From a virus, in the IMG/VR virus record IMGVR_UViG_3300025393_000055: DNA of 36,233 nt. One strand, 5' to 3'. The translations under genes and the position numbers were made by a program. Within the stretch, counting starts at the first letter, position 1. Every line of letters begins with the position of its first letter. The notes under the pieces were generated by a model. That model made no database searches, was not told where the DNA came from, and saw only the letters and a program-made list of their open reading frames with translations. Shown here one piece after another: positions 1 to 7,648 of this stretch.

Positions 1-30
1 GGTCGTCTGGGCCAAAGGGGGTACCCGGCG

Positions 31-342
31 ATGAAGTGCATCAAGTGGTTCGATGGCAAGCCCTACACCTATGTCGGCACCTACTGGGACCGCGAGGTGG
101 TCCGGCTCTGCCTCCGCACGGGACGCAAGGCGGGCTACCTGATGCGGCAGGCAAAGGTCGCGGGGGGGCCCGCCCTCCCCCTGGGCCGGGACGGCTACGA
201 CATCTTCGCCCGGAAGACCCCGAAGGCGACCGGCCCGCTCCCGGTGCCGGTCGTGGTGCGGGGGACCCCCTTCGGCGGGGAGCAGTTCGATCAGGTATCG
301 GTTCCGGGGCTGGTGCTCGCGTGGACCGAGGTGCAGGTTTGA
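31..342 (+). CDS. Small basic protein, FDGK-family paralog
   Basis: KWFDGKPYTYVG...RKAGYLMRQAKV...YDIFARK matches the motif repeated across this window. Confidence 0.7.
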   Translation: MKCIKWFDGKPYTYVGTYWDREVVRLCLRTGRKAGYLMRQAKVAGGPALPLGRDGYDIFARKTPKATGPLPVPVVVRGTPFGGEQFDQVSVPGLVLAWTEVQV

Positions 343-361
343 GAACTCAGAGGCAAAAACC

Positions 362-808
362 ATGAAACAGAAGACTGGAAACAAGAAACGCCCCGCAGAC
401 CACAACCTGTGGGGGGACCGTACCGGCAAAAAAGGGGCCCTTCCGCGCAAAGAACGCTGGCCCAAAGAGTGGCCAGCCAAGCGGAAGTTCGAGGGGAAGT
501 GGTATACCCTCGAGTACGCGGAGCGGTACCGCGAGGACGCGGAAGCGGTCGCTCAGGCATCGCGGGAAGGGGTCTTCAACTCCCAAACGGGGTGGGCGAC
601 CTACTACGCCCGGGTCGTTCCCGCCCCGGTCGTGGATGCGAGGGACTTCCCGGCGTACCTCGTCTACCTGCGGCCCAAACCGCTGCCCCCCGACACGAGG
701 GCCTACAACCGGAAGTACCAGCAGGCCCCGGGCCAGTCAACCTGGTGGGACCGCGTGGATCGCATGTACCCCTCGGCTCTCCCCAAACGGCTCAGGAGGG
801 ATCGCTGA
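362..808 (+). CDS. Basic protein containing FDGK-family domain
   Basis: RKFEGKWYTL...REDAEAVAQ...YYARVV...YLVYLRPK; stop overlaps next ATG (TGATG). Confidence 0.7.
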   Translation: MKQKTGNKKRPADHNLWGDRTGKKGALPRKERWPKEWPAKRKFEGKWYTLEYAERYREDAEAVAQASREGVFNSQTGWATYYARVVPAPVVDARDFPAYLVYLRPKPLPPDTRAYNRKYQQAPGQSTWWDRVDRMYPSALPKRLRRDR

Positions 809-1017
809 TGCCTCCGGCCAGACTGCAGGCCCCCGCTCCCCCCCGGGAGCGGGTCTTCAACGGCGAGGTCTTCGAGCTCTGGACCGGCGAGTACGGCCCG
901 GAGGCGGGCGGCCACACCAAGGCGAGGGCGCAGCAGTACGCTGGCGATCTCCGGCGGCTCGGGAACTATGCCCGGGTCGTGCAGTACGGGCGGAAGTACT
1001 TCGTCTACTTCCGCTGA
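808..1017 (+). CDS. Small basic FDGK-family protein (copy A of duplicated gene)
   Basis: RVFNGEVFEL...TKARAQQYAGDLRRLGNYARVVQYGRKYFVYFR; ATG at 808; near-identical to 4240..4452. Confidence 0.8.
   Translation: MPPARLQAPAPPRERVFNGEVFELWTGEYGPEAGGHTKARAQQYAGDLRRLGNYARVVQYGRKYFVYFR
832..1017 (+). repeat. Direct repeat copy 1 (partner approx. 4267..4452)
   Basis: About 185 bp align with mostly third-position differences. Confidence 0.85.
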
Positions 1018-1024
1018 ACAGAGT

Positions 1025-1054
1025 TGCATGTGCAGAAAAATGAGGTGTAAAATG
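1025..1054 (+). promoter_or_regulatory. TGCA-TG-TGCAG palindrome followed by double-AAAATG leader/RBS
   Basis: TGCATGTGCAG-AAAAATGAGGTGTAAAATG directly before ATG 1052. Confidence 0.7.
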
Positions 1055-1537
1055 GCAAAGGTCATCAATGTCAACGGATTCACCATGGAGCCCGGTCTGC
1101 TGACTTACAACGGGAAGCGGTACCAGTTCATGACAGTCGGGCAGGACAAGAAAACGGTCCAAGACTACGTGAAGACACTCCCCCCTGACAAACAGAAGAG
1201 CATCGTGATCGCCAACGAGGACCTGACTCACTACTCGGTCTATGGGCGGAAGAATCCCAAAGTACCCCGTCTGAACATGATCGAGGTGAAGACTCCGGTC
1301 AAGCTCGCCCGATTAAATCCCTTCAGATTCAGGTACGGGGGGCACGAGTACAAGAAGACCTATGGGGACGGGCTGACCAGCTTCGCCCGATCCCCTGCGG
1401 AGGCGAAGGGGAATATCATGCACTACTACGGCGACCTCCTGCCGAAAGACCGGCACGGGCGCTTGGAGCCATACAATGAGTTCCTGATCGTCAAAGTGCT
1501 CGACAACCAGTTCTCGGTGTTCTGTCCCCTAAAATGA
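1052..1537 (+). CDS. Basic protein with two FDGK-like repeats
   Basis: Start placed at the leader motif; TYNGKRYQF...YSVYGRK and RYGGHEYKK...FSVFCP; stop TGA is supplied by the next leader (AAAATGA). Confidence 0.75.
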   Translation: MAKVINVNGFTMEPGLLTYNGKRYQFMTVGQDKKTVQDYVKTLPPDKQKSIVIANEDLTHYSVYGRKNPKVPRLNMIEVKTPVKLARLNPFRFRYGGHEYKKTYGDGLTSFARSPAEAKGNIMHYYGDLLPKDRHGRLEPYNEFLIVKVLDNQFSVFCPLK

Positions 1538-1547
1538 GGTAAAAATG
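1531..1547 (+). promoter_or_regulatory. Conserved leader AAAATGAGGTAAAAATG (type copy of about 27)
   Basis: Other copies or variants end at ATGs 1052, 3365, 4487, 4816, 9422, 12163, 13403, 19601(-), 22323, 24271, 24750, 25032, 25184, 25429, 26436, 26708, 27172, 27732, 28022, 28880, 29199, 29465, 29661, 29895, 31160, 34630, 34942. Confidence 0.9.
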
Positions 1548-1817
1548 GGAAACAGTCGTAGAAAAGATGGCCTTCGCTTTGCCCCGTATCGGACATTCGG
1601 TGACCGCCAGTATTACCTTCTCGGTTCGTCCTTTGACAAACGGGAAGCAGAGAGAACAAAGGAACGGGCAAAGATCCAAGGATCTCTGGTCCGGGTTGTA
1701 CAAGCCTCCGTTGAGGGAAGGCCCGCGTATCTGACATATGTGTTCCGCCGGGTGAAAAACCCCGCGGCAAACCCTGCGGGCCAGCAGAAGGCAGACCGGC
1801 TGAACCGGGGGCGGTGA
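1545..1817 (+). CDS. Small basic FDGK-family protein
   Basis: RTFGDRQYY...DKREAERTKERAKIQGSLVRVV...YLTYVFRR; leader motif upstream. Confidence 0.75.
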   Translation: MGNSRRKDGLRFAPYRTFGDRQYYLLGSSFDKREAERTKERAKIQGSLVRVVQASVEGRPAYLTYVFRRVKNPAANPAGQQKADRLNRGR

Positions 1818-2037
1818 TCCCCCGATGATGCCCCCCAAAACTCCCCTCAAGTTCGCGCTGATGGCTTCAGGTCTCACCAAAGCGGAGGCCGAAGCCCTCC
1901 GAAAGCGATACAAGAGGCATGGTGCCCGGTACACCCAGGTCAAGAAGAGTCCCTACGGCGGCTACGACCTCCGGGTGGGGGTTCGCCCCCTCGGCCCCGG
2001 GGGGCAGGGCGGCCTGCAGATCATCCTGACGGAGAAC

Positions 2038-2271
2038 GTCAACTACCCCCGGTTAAAACCGGGGGCCTGCAAACGGCTACGCGGGACCAAACAGTAGACT
2101 AGGAGGCAAGAAATTGCAGCAGCGTTACGGGCTACAAGAACGGCAGAGTGTTTCCCTAGCTCTGCCCTCTTCCGGGCACGCCGAACCCGACGTACCTCTC
2201 TGGGTACTAAGCCTGTCTCGCACCTCCGAAGGGAAATGCAACCCCGGCTCGACCGGGAGAAAGGGAATACC
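2038..2271 (+). ncRNA. omegaRNA scaffold of IsrB
   Basis: About 230 nt non-coding interval between element end and PLMP start, with the GTCAACTACCCC 5' end typical of IscB/IsrB loci; exact ends inferred. Confidence 0.7.
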
Positions 2272-3344
2272 ATGAGAGTTCCGGTTCTGGATTCTCACAG
2301 GACGCCGTTGATGCCAGCTACGCCAGCACGAGCTCGCCTGCTCCTCAAGCAGGGGCGGGCAAAGCCGTACTGGAACAAGATCGGTATCTTCTGCATCATC
2401 CTGACCTACGAAGTACAGCCTGACAACCAGGATCTGGTTGTCGGGATCGACCCCGGCAGTTCCTTTGAGGGCTGGTCCGTGGTCGGCACCAAAGAAACCG
2501 TCTTGAACGGTATGTCGGAGACCCCTAAACATATCAAGAAAGCCGTAGAAACCCGAAGAACGATGCGAAGAGCCCGGCGGGGCCGGAAATGCTGGCGCCG
2601 CCCGGCCCGGTTCAACAACCGGCTGAGAAACAAGACCTCCCTCCCCCCGAGCACATTTGCTCGGTGGAACGCCAAAGTACGGATCCTCGACCAGTTGCGG
2701 AAGGTTCTCCCGATCACCGCCGTGGTCGTAGAGGATGTCGCGGCGGTGACGAAGAAGCACTGCAAACGGTGGAACACGAACTTCTCGCCCCTTGAGGTCG
2801 GGAAGCAGTGGTTCTACCGGACGATCCGGGGTCTGGGGCTCACCCTGCACCTGCGTACCGGGTACGAGACCAAAGCCCTCCGGGACCGGTTCAGCTTGAA
2901 GAAGACAAGCCAGAAGAGCAAGCCGGTCTTTGCCGCTCACGCGGTCGATGCCTGGGTGATGGCCGCTGACGTATCGGGTGCGGAGCGCCCGACCGAACGG
3001 GGGTTGTATTACTGGACGCCGATCCGGTTCTTCCGGCGGCAGTTGCACCGGCTCCAGCCGGAGACCGGCGGGATCCGGAAGCCCTATGGGGGAACCCGGT
3101 CTCTGGGGCTCACCCGGGGAACGCTGGTCCGGCATATCAAGCACGGGCTGACATACATCGGAGGCACGTTGAAAGGAAAGGTGTCGTTGCACAGTGCGGT
3201 CACCGGGAAGCGGGTGACTCAGAGCGCAAAGGGGGAGGACTGTACCCCCTTAACCCGTATCGCCTGGAGAACAACAAGGTATGCCGGGATAGGCAGACGG
3301 CATTCCTCCCCCGGTTTAAACCGGGGGTCTCCTGCCTGTTCCTT
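2038..3344 (+). mobile_element. Non-autonomous IS200/IS605-superfamily IsrB element
   Basis: Begins GTCAACTACCCC; matching end hairpins CCCCCGG-TTAAAA-CCGGGGG (2046-2065) and CCCCCGG-TTTAAA-CCGGGGG (3308-3327); no tnpA. Confidence 0.8.
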
Positions 3345-3348
3345 ATGA
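2272..3348 (+). CDS. isrB: IsrB RNA-guided nickase (IscB family lacking HNH), 358 aa
   Basis: PLMP N-terminus, RuvC-I GIDPG, Arg-rich bridge helix RRTMRRARRGR, RuvC-II VVEDV, RuvC-III HAVDA; no HNH between RuvC-II and III. Confidence 0.85.
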   Translation: MRVPVLDSHRTPLMPATPARARLLLKQGRAKPYWNKIGIFCIILTYEVQPDNQDLVVGIDPGSSFEGWSVVGTKETVLNGMSETPKHIKKAVETRRTMRRARRGRKCWRRPARFNNRLRNKTSLPPSTFARWNAKVRILDQLRKVLPITAVVVEDVAAVTKKHCKRWNTNFSPLEVGKQWFYRTIRGLGLTLHLRTGYETKALRDRFSLKKTSQKSKPVFAAHAVDAWVMAADVSGAERPTERGLYYWTPIRFFRRQLHRLQPETGGIRKPYGGTRSLGLTRGTLVRHIKHGLTYIGGTLKGKVSLHSAVTGKRVTQSAKGEDCTPLTRIAWRTTRYAGIGRRHSSPGLNRGSPACSL

Positions 3349-3364
3349 AAATGGAGATGGAGAA

Positions 3365-3757
3365 ATGGTGAGGGAGAAGACCTATTATTGTAGGTTCATC
3401 ATCCCCGAAGGCACTCGGAAACTCCCTTGGATTCCCGTTGCCGCGGCAAGCCCCGAAGCGGCAATCAGAAAGGTGCGTTCGGGGACCGATGCCCCAGTTG
3501 AGGTGAGGTCTTCCTCCCCCTCCGGGGGTGGAGTCCTCAAGACCCGGGCTTGGATTGAGCCCGAACCGAGTGATGTACGGGTGTTTGACGGCAAGCGGTA
3601 TCAGTACTATGCCGGTGACGCTGGAGATCCCGCCCGAGTAGCCAGGATTGCCCGCGAGTTGCGGGAGAGCGGGCACCTCGCCCGCGTCGTGAAGGCAAAG
3701 GGCGGGGTATCGCACATTTACTGGTGCCCGAGATTTGGGCGGCAGGGAGGGAGATAA
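3365..3757 (+). CDS. Basic protein with C-terminal FDGK-family domain
   Basis: RVFDGKRYQYY...RELRESGHLARVVKAKGGVSHIYW. Confidence 0.75.
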   Translation: MVREKTYYCRFIIPEGTRKLPWIPVAAASPEAAIRKVRSGTDAPVEVRSSSPSGGGVLKTRAWIEPEPSDVRVFDGKRYQYYAGDAGDPARVARIARELRESGHLARVVKAKGGVSHIYWCPRFGRQGGR

Positions 3758-3759
3758 CG

Positions 3760-4236
3760 ATGTCCCCGGCCAAACGGATGCCCCTCGGCCTGCAGGCCCG
3801 GCTGATCCGCACCGACCTCGTCGCCGCGGGCTACGAACCCGAACTGAGCGACATCCGCTCGTTCATGGACAGCACCCTCTCCCTCCCGGAGAACCGGATC
3901 CTCGTCGCGAACGCCTTCGGCTACCGGCCGGGCGCCCGGCGGGGTCTCCCCCCGCGGAACCTGGCCGACCTCACGACGCAGGCCCGGCTCTGGAACCGGC
4001 AACAGGCCGACCGCCGCCGCCGGGCCGCCCCGGCCCCCGCGAAGAAGCAGGCCCGGCGCAAGCGGAAACTGACGACCCCCGCCCGCTGGCAAGTCGACCC
4101 GTGGCCGCGGCCCGGGGATGTGATCGATGAGGGCCGGAAGGCGAAGCTCCCCGGCCGCCGGGTCGCGGAGAAGAGCGGGAAGGTCTATTACGAGCGCCGG
4201 CGGAACCGGAGCGACATGCCCTGGAAGAAGGTGTAA
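3760..4236 (+). CDS. Arg-rich protein with PGxR...YYERRRNRSD C-terminal motif
   Basis: GGAGGGAG RBS before ATG 3760; C-terminus similar to 23445..23738. Confidence 0.7.
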   Translation: MSPAKRMPLGLQARLIRTDLVAAGYEPELSDIRSFMDSTLSLPENRILVANAFGYRPGARRGLPPRNLADLTTQARLWNRQQADRRRRAAPAPAKKQARRKRKLTTPARWQVDPWPRPGDVIDEGRKAKLPGRRVAEKSGKVYYERRRNRSDMPWKKV

Positions 4237-4239
4237 ACA

Positions 4240-4452
4240 ATGGCACAGAACGCAGCAAACAGGATGCCCGCCCCTCCCCGGGAGCGGGTCTTCGGCGGTG
4301 AGGTCTTCGAGCTCTGGACCGGCGAGTACGGCCCGGATCCCGGTGGCCACACCAAGGCACAGGCCCAGAAGTACGCCGGAGACCTCCGGCGGCTCGGGAG
4401 TTACGCCCGGGTTGTGCAGTATGGCAGGAAGTATTTCGTGTACTTCCGGTGA
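4240..4452 (+). CDS. Small basic FDGK-family protein (copy B of duplicated gene)
   Basis: Near-identical to 808..1017. Confidence 0.8.
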   Translation: MAQNAANRMPAPPRERVFGGEVFELWTGEYGPDPGGHTKAQAQKYAGDLRRLGSYARVVQYGRKYFVYFR

Positions 4453-4486
4453 GAAAAAGTGCAAGTGTAGGAAAATGAGGTGAAAA

Positions 4487-4753
4487 ATGGCAACGTATCT
4501 ATCATCAAAAGACGCGAAATGGGTCAAAAAACTCACAGAGGATGAGATTGAAAACCTTGTACGTATTGGGTTCGGTCAACCCAAATTCTACCGGCCAGAG
4601 GTCTGGAGGAAGGCAAAACGGGTAATGATCATTGCCTGTTCTTTGGGTCTTGCTGAACCTTTTGATTTCGGGCGGGGGAAAGGAAAGTACCTCACCGATC
4701 TGAGTTACTCGGATGTGGTTTCAGGCATTCTCAAAGCACGAACCCGTCTTTGA
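4487..4753 (+). CDS. Hypothetical protein
   Basis: Leader AAAATGAGGTGAAAAATG; 88 aa ORF. Confidence 0.7.
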   Translation: MATYLSSKDAKWVKKLTEDEIENLVRIGFGQPKFYRPEVWRKAKRVMIIACSLGLAEPFDFGRGKGKYLTDLSYSDVVSGILKARTRL

Positions 4754-4845
4754 GGGGCCGCGAGTAGGTATATTGGAGTATCCTTGGCCAAAAAGAGCCT
4801 AAAATGAGATGAAAAATGACCGTAAAAGAGATCGCAAGATTCTAC

Positions 4846-6158
4846 CTCTGCGGGGTTGAAGGGGCAGAGCGGGAGGGCTCCCTCCGCAAGGGGGGAGGTG
4901 AGAGCGGGCCCCCTTCTTCACTTTCACCCCGCACGGATATTGTTTATGCTGGAGGGGGGCCAATATGATCCTATCGTATGCTGCGAAGGTACCAGTACCG
5001 GCTGTATCCGACGAAGGATCAGGAGACCCTGATCGCCAAGCACCTTGGATGTTGCCGGTTCGTGTACAACTGGGCTCTCGCCCGCAAGAACACGGCGTAC
5101 CACGGCGAGGGGCTCAGCCTGTCCCGGTACGACCTCACGAACCAGCTTCCGGCCCTCAAAGAGGAGTTACCGTGGCTGAAAGAGGTCAACGCCCAGTCTC
5201 TGCAGCAGTCGATCATCCATCTCTCCCGTGCGTTCACGAACTTCTTCGAGGGCCGGGCCGAAGAACCGACCTTCAAGAAGAAGCACGATCCCGAACAGGC
5301 GTTCACGGTTCCGCAATCCTACACCGTGGACTTCGGGCGGGGTACCGTGAAACTCCCGAAGATCGGGGCGGTCAAGGTCAAGTACCACCGCACCTTCGTG
5401 GGTACGACGAAGTCTGCAACCGTCATCCGCAAGTCCACGGGTCGGTACCTGATCAGCATTGTGGTCGAAGACGGCCGGACGCCGCCGAAGCCCGCCGATC
5501 CGATCCTGGATCAGACGGTCGGGATCGACCTGGGTCTCTCGCACTATGCCGTCCTCTCGACCGGGGAAAAGGTGGCGAATCCGAAGTATCTCAGGAACGC
5601 CCAGGTGCGGCTGGCCGTGCTCCAGCGCCGGCTCGCCCGCAAGCAGAAGGGGTCGAAGAACCGGAACAAGGCTCGACTCAAGGTGGCCCGGTGTCACCAG
5701 AAAATTGCCGATCAACGCAAGGACTTCCAGCACCAGCTCTCTTCTCGACTGGTCCGCGAAAACCAAGCCCTGGCTGTGGAGTCCCTGAACGTGGACGGCA
5801 TGGTGAAGAACCCCAAGCTGGCAAAGGCGATCAGCGATGCTGGATGGGGTACGTTCCTCGGAATGCTGGCGTACAAGTGCCGGGAGGCGGGGAAGACCCT
5901 GCTGAAGATCGGGGTCTTCGAGCCGTCTTCCAAGACCTGCTCGGTCTGCGGCTACCGGAAGGCCGACCTGACGCTGAAGGACCGGGAATGGACATGCCCG
6001 GACTGCGGGACGACCCACGACCGGGACCTGAACGCCGCGATCAATATCAAACACTTCGCACTAGCAGGCGCGGAACGCGCCGAAGAGCCTGTGGACCCGC
6101 TCCCGATGGGGAGGGGGATGAAGCAGGAAGCCCCCTGCGTAAGCGGGGGGTAGTTCAC
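4846..6158 (+). mobile_element. IS605/IS1341-type tnpB-only element
   Basis: Left end follows TCTAC; right-end hairpin CCCCCTGC-GTAA-GCGGGGGG then TAGTTCAC; left end also present at 33769; clean in-frame empty site. Confidence 0.88.
4978..6153 (+). CDS. tnpB: TnpB RNA-guided endonuclease
   Basis: YRLYPT N-terminus, GCCRFVYN, RuvC-I GIDLG, RuvC-II VESL, Zn finger CSVC/CPDC, RuvC-III HDRDLNAAINI. Confidence 0.95.
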   Translation: MLRRYQYRLYPTKDQETLIAKHLGCCRFVYNWALARKNTAYHGEGLSLSRYDLTNQLPALKEELPWLKEVNAQSLQQSIIHLSRAFTNFFEGRAEEPTFKKKHDPEQAFTVPQSYTVDFGRGTVKLPKIGAVKVKYHRTFVGTTKSATVIRKSTGRYLISIVVEDGRTPPKPADPILDQTVGIDLGLSHYAVLSTGEKVANPKYLRNAQVRLAVLQRRLARKQKGSKNRNKARLKVARCHQKIADQRKDFQHQLSSRLVRENQALAVESLNVDGMVKNPKLAKAISDAGWGTFLGMLAYKCREAGKTLLKIGVFEPSSKTCSVCGYRKADLTLKDREWTCPDCGTTHDRDLNAAINIKHFALAGAERAEEPVDPLPMGRGMKQEAPCVSGG

Positions 6159-6176
6159 CAAGGGCCGTATATCTTC
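6000..6176 (+). ncRNA. Predicted TnpB right-end omega/reRNA with guide from 3' flank (6159 onward)
   Basis: Established TnpB architecture (scaffold overlaps tnpB 3' end and right end); 5' boundary is approximate. Confidence 0.55.
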
Positions 6177-6376
6177 GTGAACGGAGTGGGGGCCAAGGTC
6201 TGGCATCATGAAGTGGGTGGGCGCTGGCTCGTCGAGATGGGCCGGAGAGGCAACAACGGGTTCTCAGGCCCGCTCACCTCGAGAGGGGTGGTTCAACTGA
6301 TCAAACAGCTTGCAGGTCGGCCCGCAATCAAGGCAAAGAGTTCGCAGAAGAGGCCCTCTTCAAAGAGGCGTTGAGT

Positions 6377-6553
6377 GTGGCTCGCGGGAACTGGCGGAAC
6401 TGGAGCAACCGGGGCGGGGCAGAGTCCGACCGCTGGAAGGTCACCTGGCGAACCTGCCCGGCGTGCGGGTACTCCTGGCGGTCGAAGGCCGAGCACCCGA
6501 CGTGCCCGAAGTGCAGAACCGCGATCCCCGTTTCCGGCCCACAGTGGAGGTAA
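6377..6553 (+). CDS. Small zinc-ribbon protein
   Basis: CPACG...CPKC; GTG start assumed (TTG at 6371 alternative). Confidence 0.6.
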   Translation: MARGNWRNWSNRGGAESDRWKVTWRTCPACGYSWRSKAEHPTCPKCRTAIPVSGPQWR

Positions 6554-6559
6554 TCACCC

Positions 6560-7144
6560 ATGACTGCACAGAAAACCAAGGTCTACCGCAGCCTCCGGGG
6601 CCCCCACGGGGTCGGGAAGGTGCTCGGCCGGAACAAATGGGTCCACGCCTCGGCCCTCCACGCCCTCTCAGCCCAGGAGCGGGCGCTCGTGGGGAAGGCC
6701 CTGACAGCCATCCAGCGGGAGAAGGGGATCGAGATCGACTTCAGGAAGGATGTCGTCATCAAGATCAACCCGGTCGAGAACGGAGGTGCTGTAACATTCT
6801 GTTACAGCCCGGACTGGAAGACCGCCACCGAGCCCGAGTGCGGCCCCATGGTCGGGGTCTCCGGCCTCGCCGCTGGCCCCCTGAAGTTCCGGGTCACCAA
6901 GCCCCCTGCCGACCCCTACATCTACCATCACAAGTGGATGTTTGTCGATGACGACTACCGCGGCTTCAATGTCGCCCAGGCAAAACGGTGGTCCGAGACC
7001 TGGGAGAACTCCCCGGTCGTCCGGGCGCTCTGCGCCGACAAGGACGAGCACTTCCGGCTCAGGATCGGGAAGCAGCACTACTGGCAGAGCAAGGTGCTCG
7101 GCCCCCTCGGCAGAGGGCGGGGGTCGCGGGGGTCGAAAGAGTGA
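6560..7144 (+). CDS. Stand-alone domain resembling the repeat of DNA phosphorothioation-associated putative methyltransferases
   Basis: GVGKxxG...WVHxSAL, vtF..SPDW...EP, PYIYHHKWMFVDDDY, RIG...YW; GGAGG RBS; family recalled, not searched. Confidence 0.5.
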   Translation: MTAQKTKVYRSLRGPHGVGKVLGRNKWVHASALHALSAQERALVGKALTAIQREKGIEIDFRKDVVIKINPVENGGAVTFCYSPDWKTATEPECGPMVGVSGLAAGPLKFRVTKPPADPYIYHHKWMFVDDDYRGFNVAQAKRWSETWENSPVVRALCADKDEHFRLRIGKQHYWQSKVLGPLGRGRGSRGSKE

Positions 7145-7290
7145 AGACGCAGGGAGTCCCACAGAGGATCATGGGATCGGGGCGAAGCCCGGTCTGCATC
7201 CCTCTTGCTCCTGAGAAAATCCGTTAGGAATGGCCCCGAAGGGGGCAGGAGCACCGTTTGCAGAACACAACCCAGAAGGAGGTGATATAC

Positions 7291-7518
7291 ATGGGACAGA
7301 GAGAGTATGATCCCGGCCTTTGCAGCGGCTACCCAGTCCGCCGGGCGTTCGATGGGGTGTGGTTCAAGCTGGGCACGATGGACTCTTTAGACGGCCAGTT
7401 TGGCACGAAAAAAGAGGCCGAACGGACTGCGAAGGCGTATCGTGCGAAAGGGTACTATGCTCGCATGGTCAAGGTTCTTCCAGGCTATCTGGTCTATATC
7501 CGCAAAAAGACCCGGTAG
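7291..7518 (+). CDS. Small basic FDGK-family protein
   Basis: GGAGGTGA RBS; RAFDGVWFKL...TKKEAERTAKAYRAKGYYARMVKVLPGYLVYIRKK. Confidence 0.8.
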   Translation: MGQREYDPGLCSGYPVRRAFDGVWFKLGTMDSLDGQFGTKKEAERTAKAYRAKGYYARMVKVLPGYLVYIRKKTR

Positions 7519-7534
7519 CCCCCCTTCTTTTTTA
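7519..7534 (+). terminator. Pyrimidine/T-rich archaeal-type terminator
   Basis: CCCCCTTCTTTTTT immediately after stop. Confidence 0.5.
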
Positions 7535-7586
7535 CCTGCCCCCGCCCCTCTATCCCCGGTCTGCCATCTTAATACGATAACAATAA

Positions 7587-7629
7587 ATAGAATGACAGAT
7601 AACCCTCTGTCAGAAACCTGCACATGCAG
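7587..7629 (+). promoter_or_regulatory. Putative operator block upstream of AAA ATPase
   Basis: Inverted repeat TGACAGA-N6-TCTGTCA plus CTGCACATGCAG (7618-7629); similar block at 9359..9401. Confidence 0.55.
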
Positions 7630-7648
7630 AAAAACCGGAGCGTTCCCC

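Larger units (their letters stand above)
1825..3371 (+). pseudogene. Basic protein gene split by the IsrB element (1825..2037 + 3345..3371)
   Basis: Removing 2038..3344 joins ...ILTEN to MKMEMEKW* in frame; N-part has TKAEAEALRKRYKRHG family motif. Confidence 0.6.
4816..6374 (+). pseudogene. Small basic gene split by the TnpB element (4816..4845 + 6159..6374)
   Basis: Leader AAAATGAGATGAAAAATG; excising 4846..6158 gives MTVKEIARFY-QGPYIFVNGVGAK...KRPSSKRR* in one frame. Confidence 0.8.

Noticed and set aside
2125-3192. Long antisense ORFs here and at 5167..6054, 8456..9163, 17998..18891, 25737..26735
   Set aside because: Mirror frames of well-supported genes, expected in high-GC DNA; no motifs or RBS.
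2272-3348. IscB or Cas9-like nuclease
   Set aside because: No HNH motif between RuvC-II and RuvC-III and only 358 aa, so IsrB; no CRISPR array nearby.
4846-4977. IStron (group I intron fused to tnpB)
   Set aside because: The left end is only about 130 nt and I see no group I catalytic core; a CTACCTC/GGGGTAG pairing across the ends exists but does not form a clear bulge-helix-bulge.
4965-6374. 469-aa ORF overlapping tnpB
   Set aside because: Shadow frame of tnpB; only its last 71 codons are real and belong to the gene split by the element.
7400-7648. N-terminal extension of the AAA ATPase (643 aa call)
   Set aside because: It runs through the upstream gene, a terminator and an AT-rich control region; family similarity starts near 7649.
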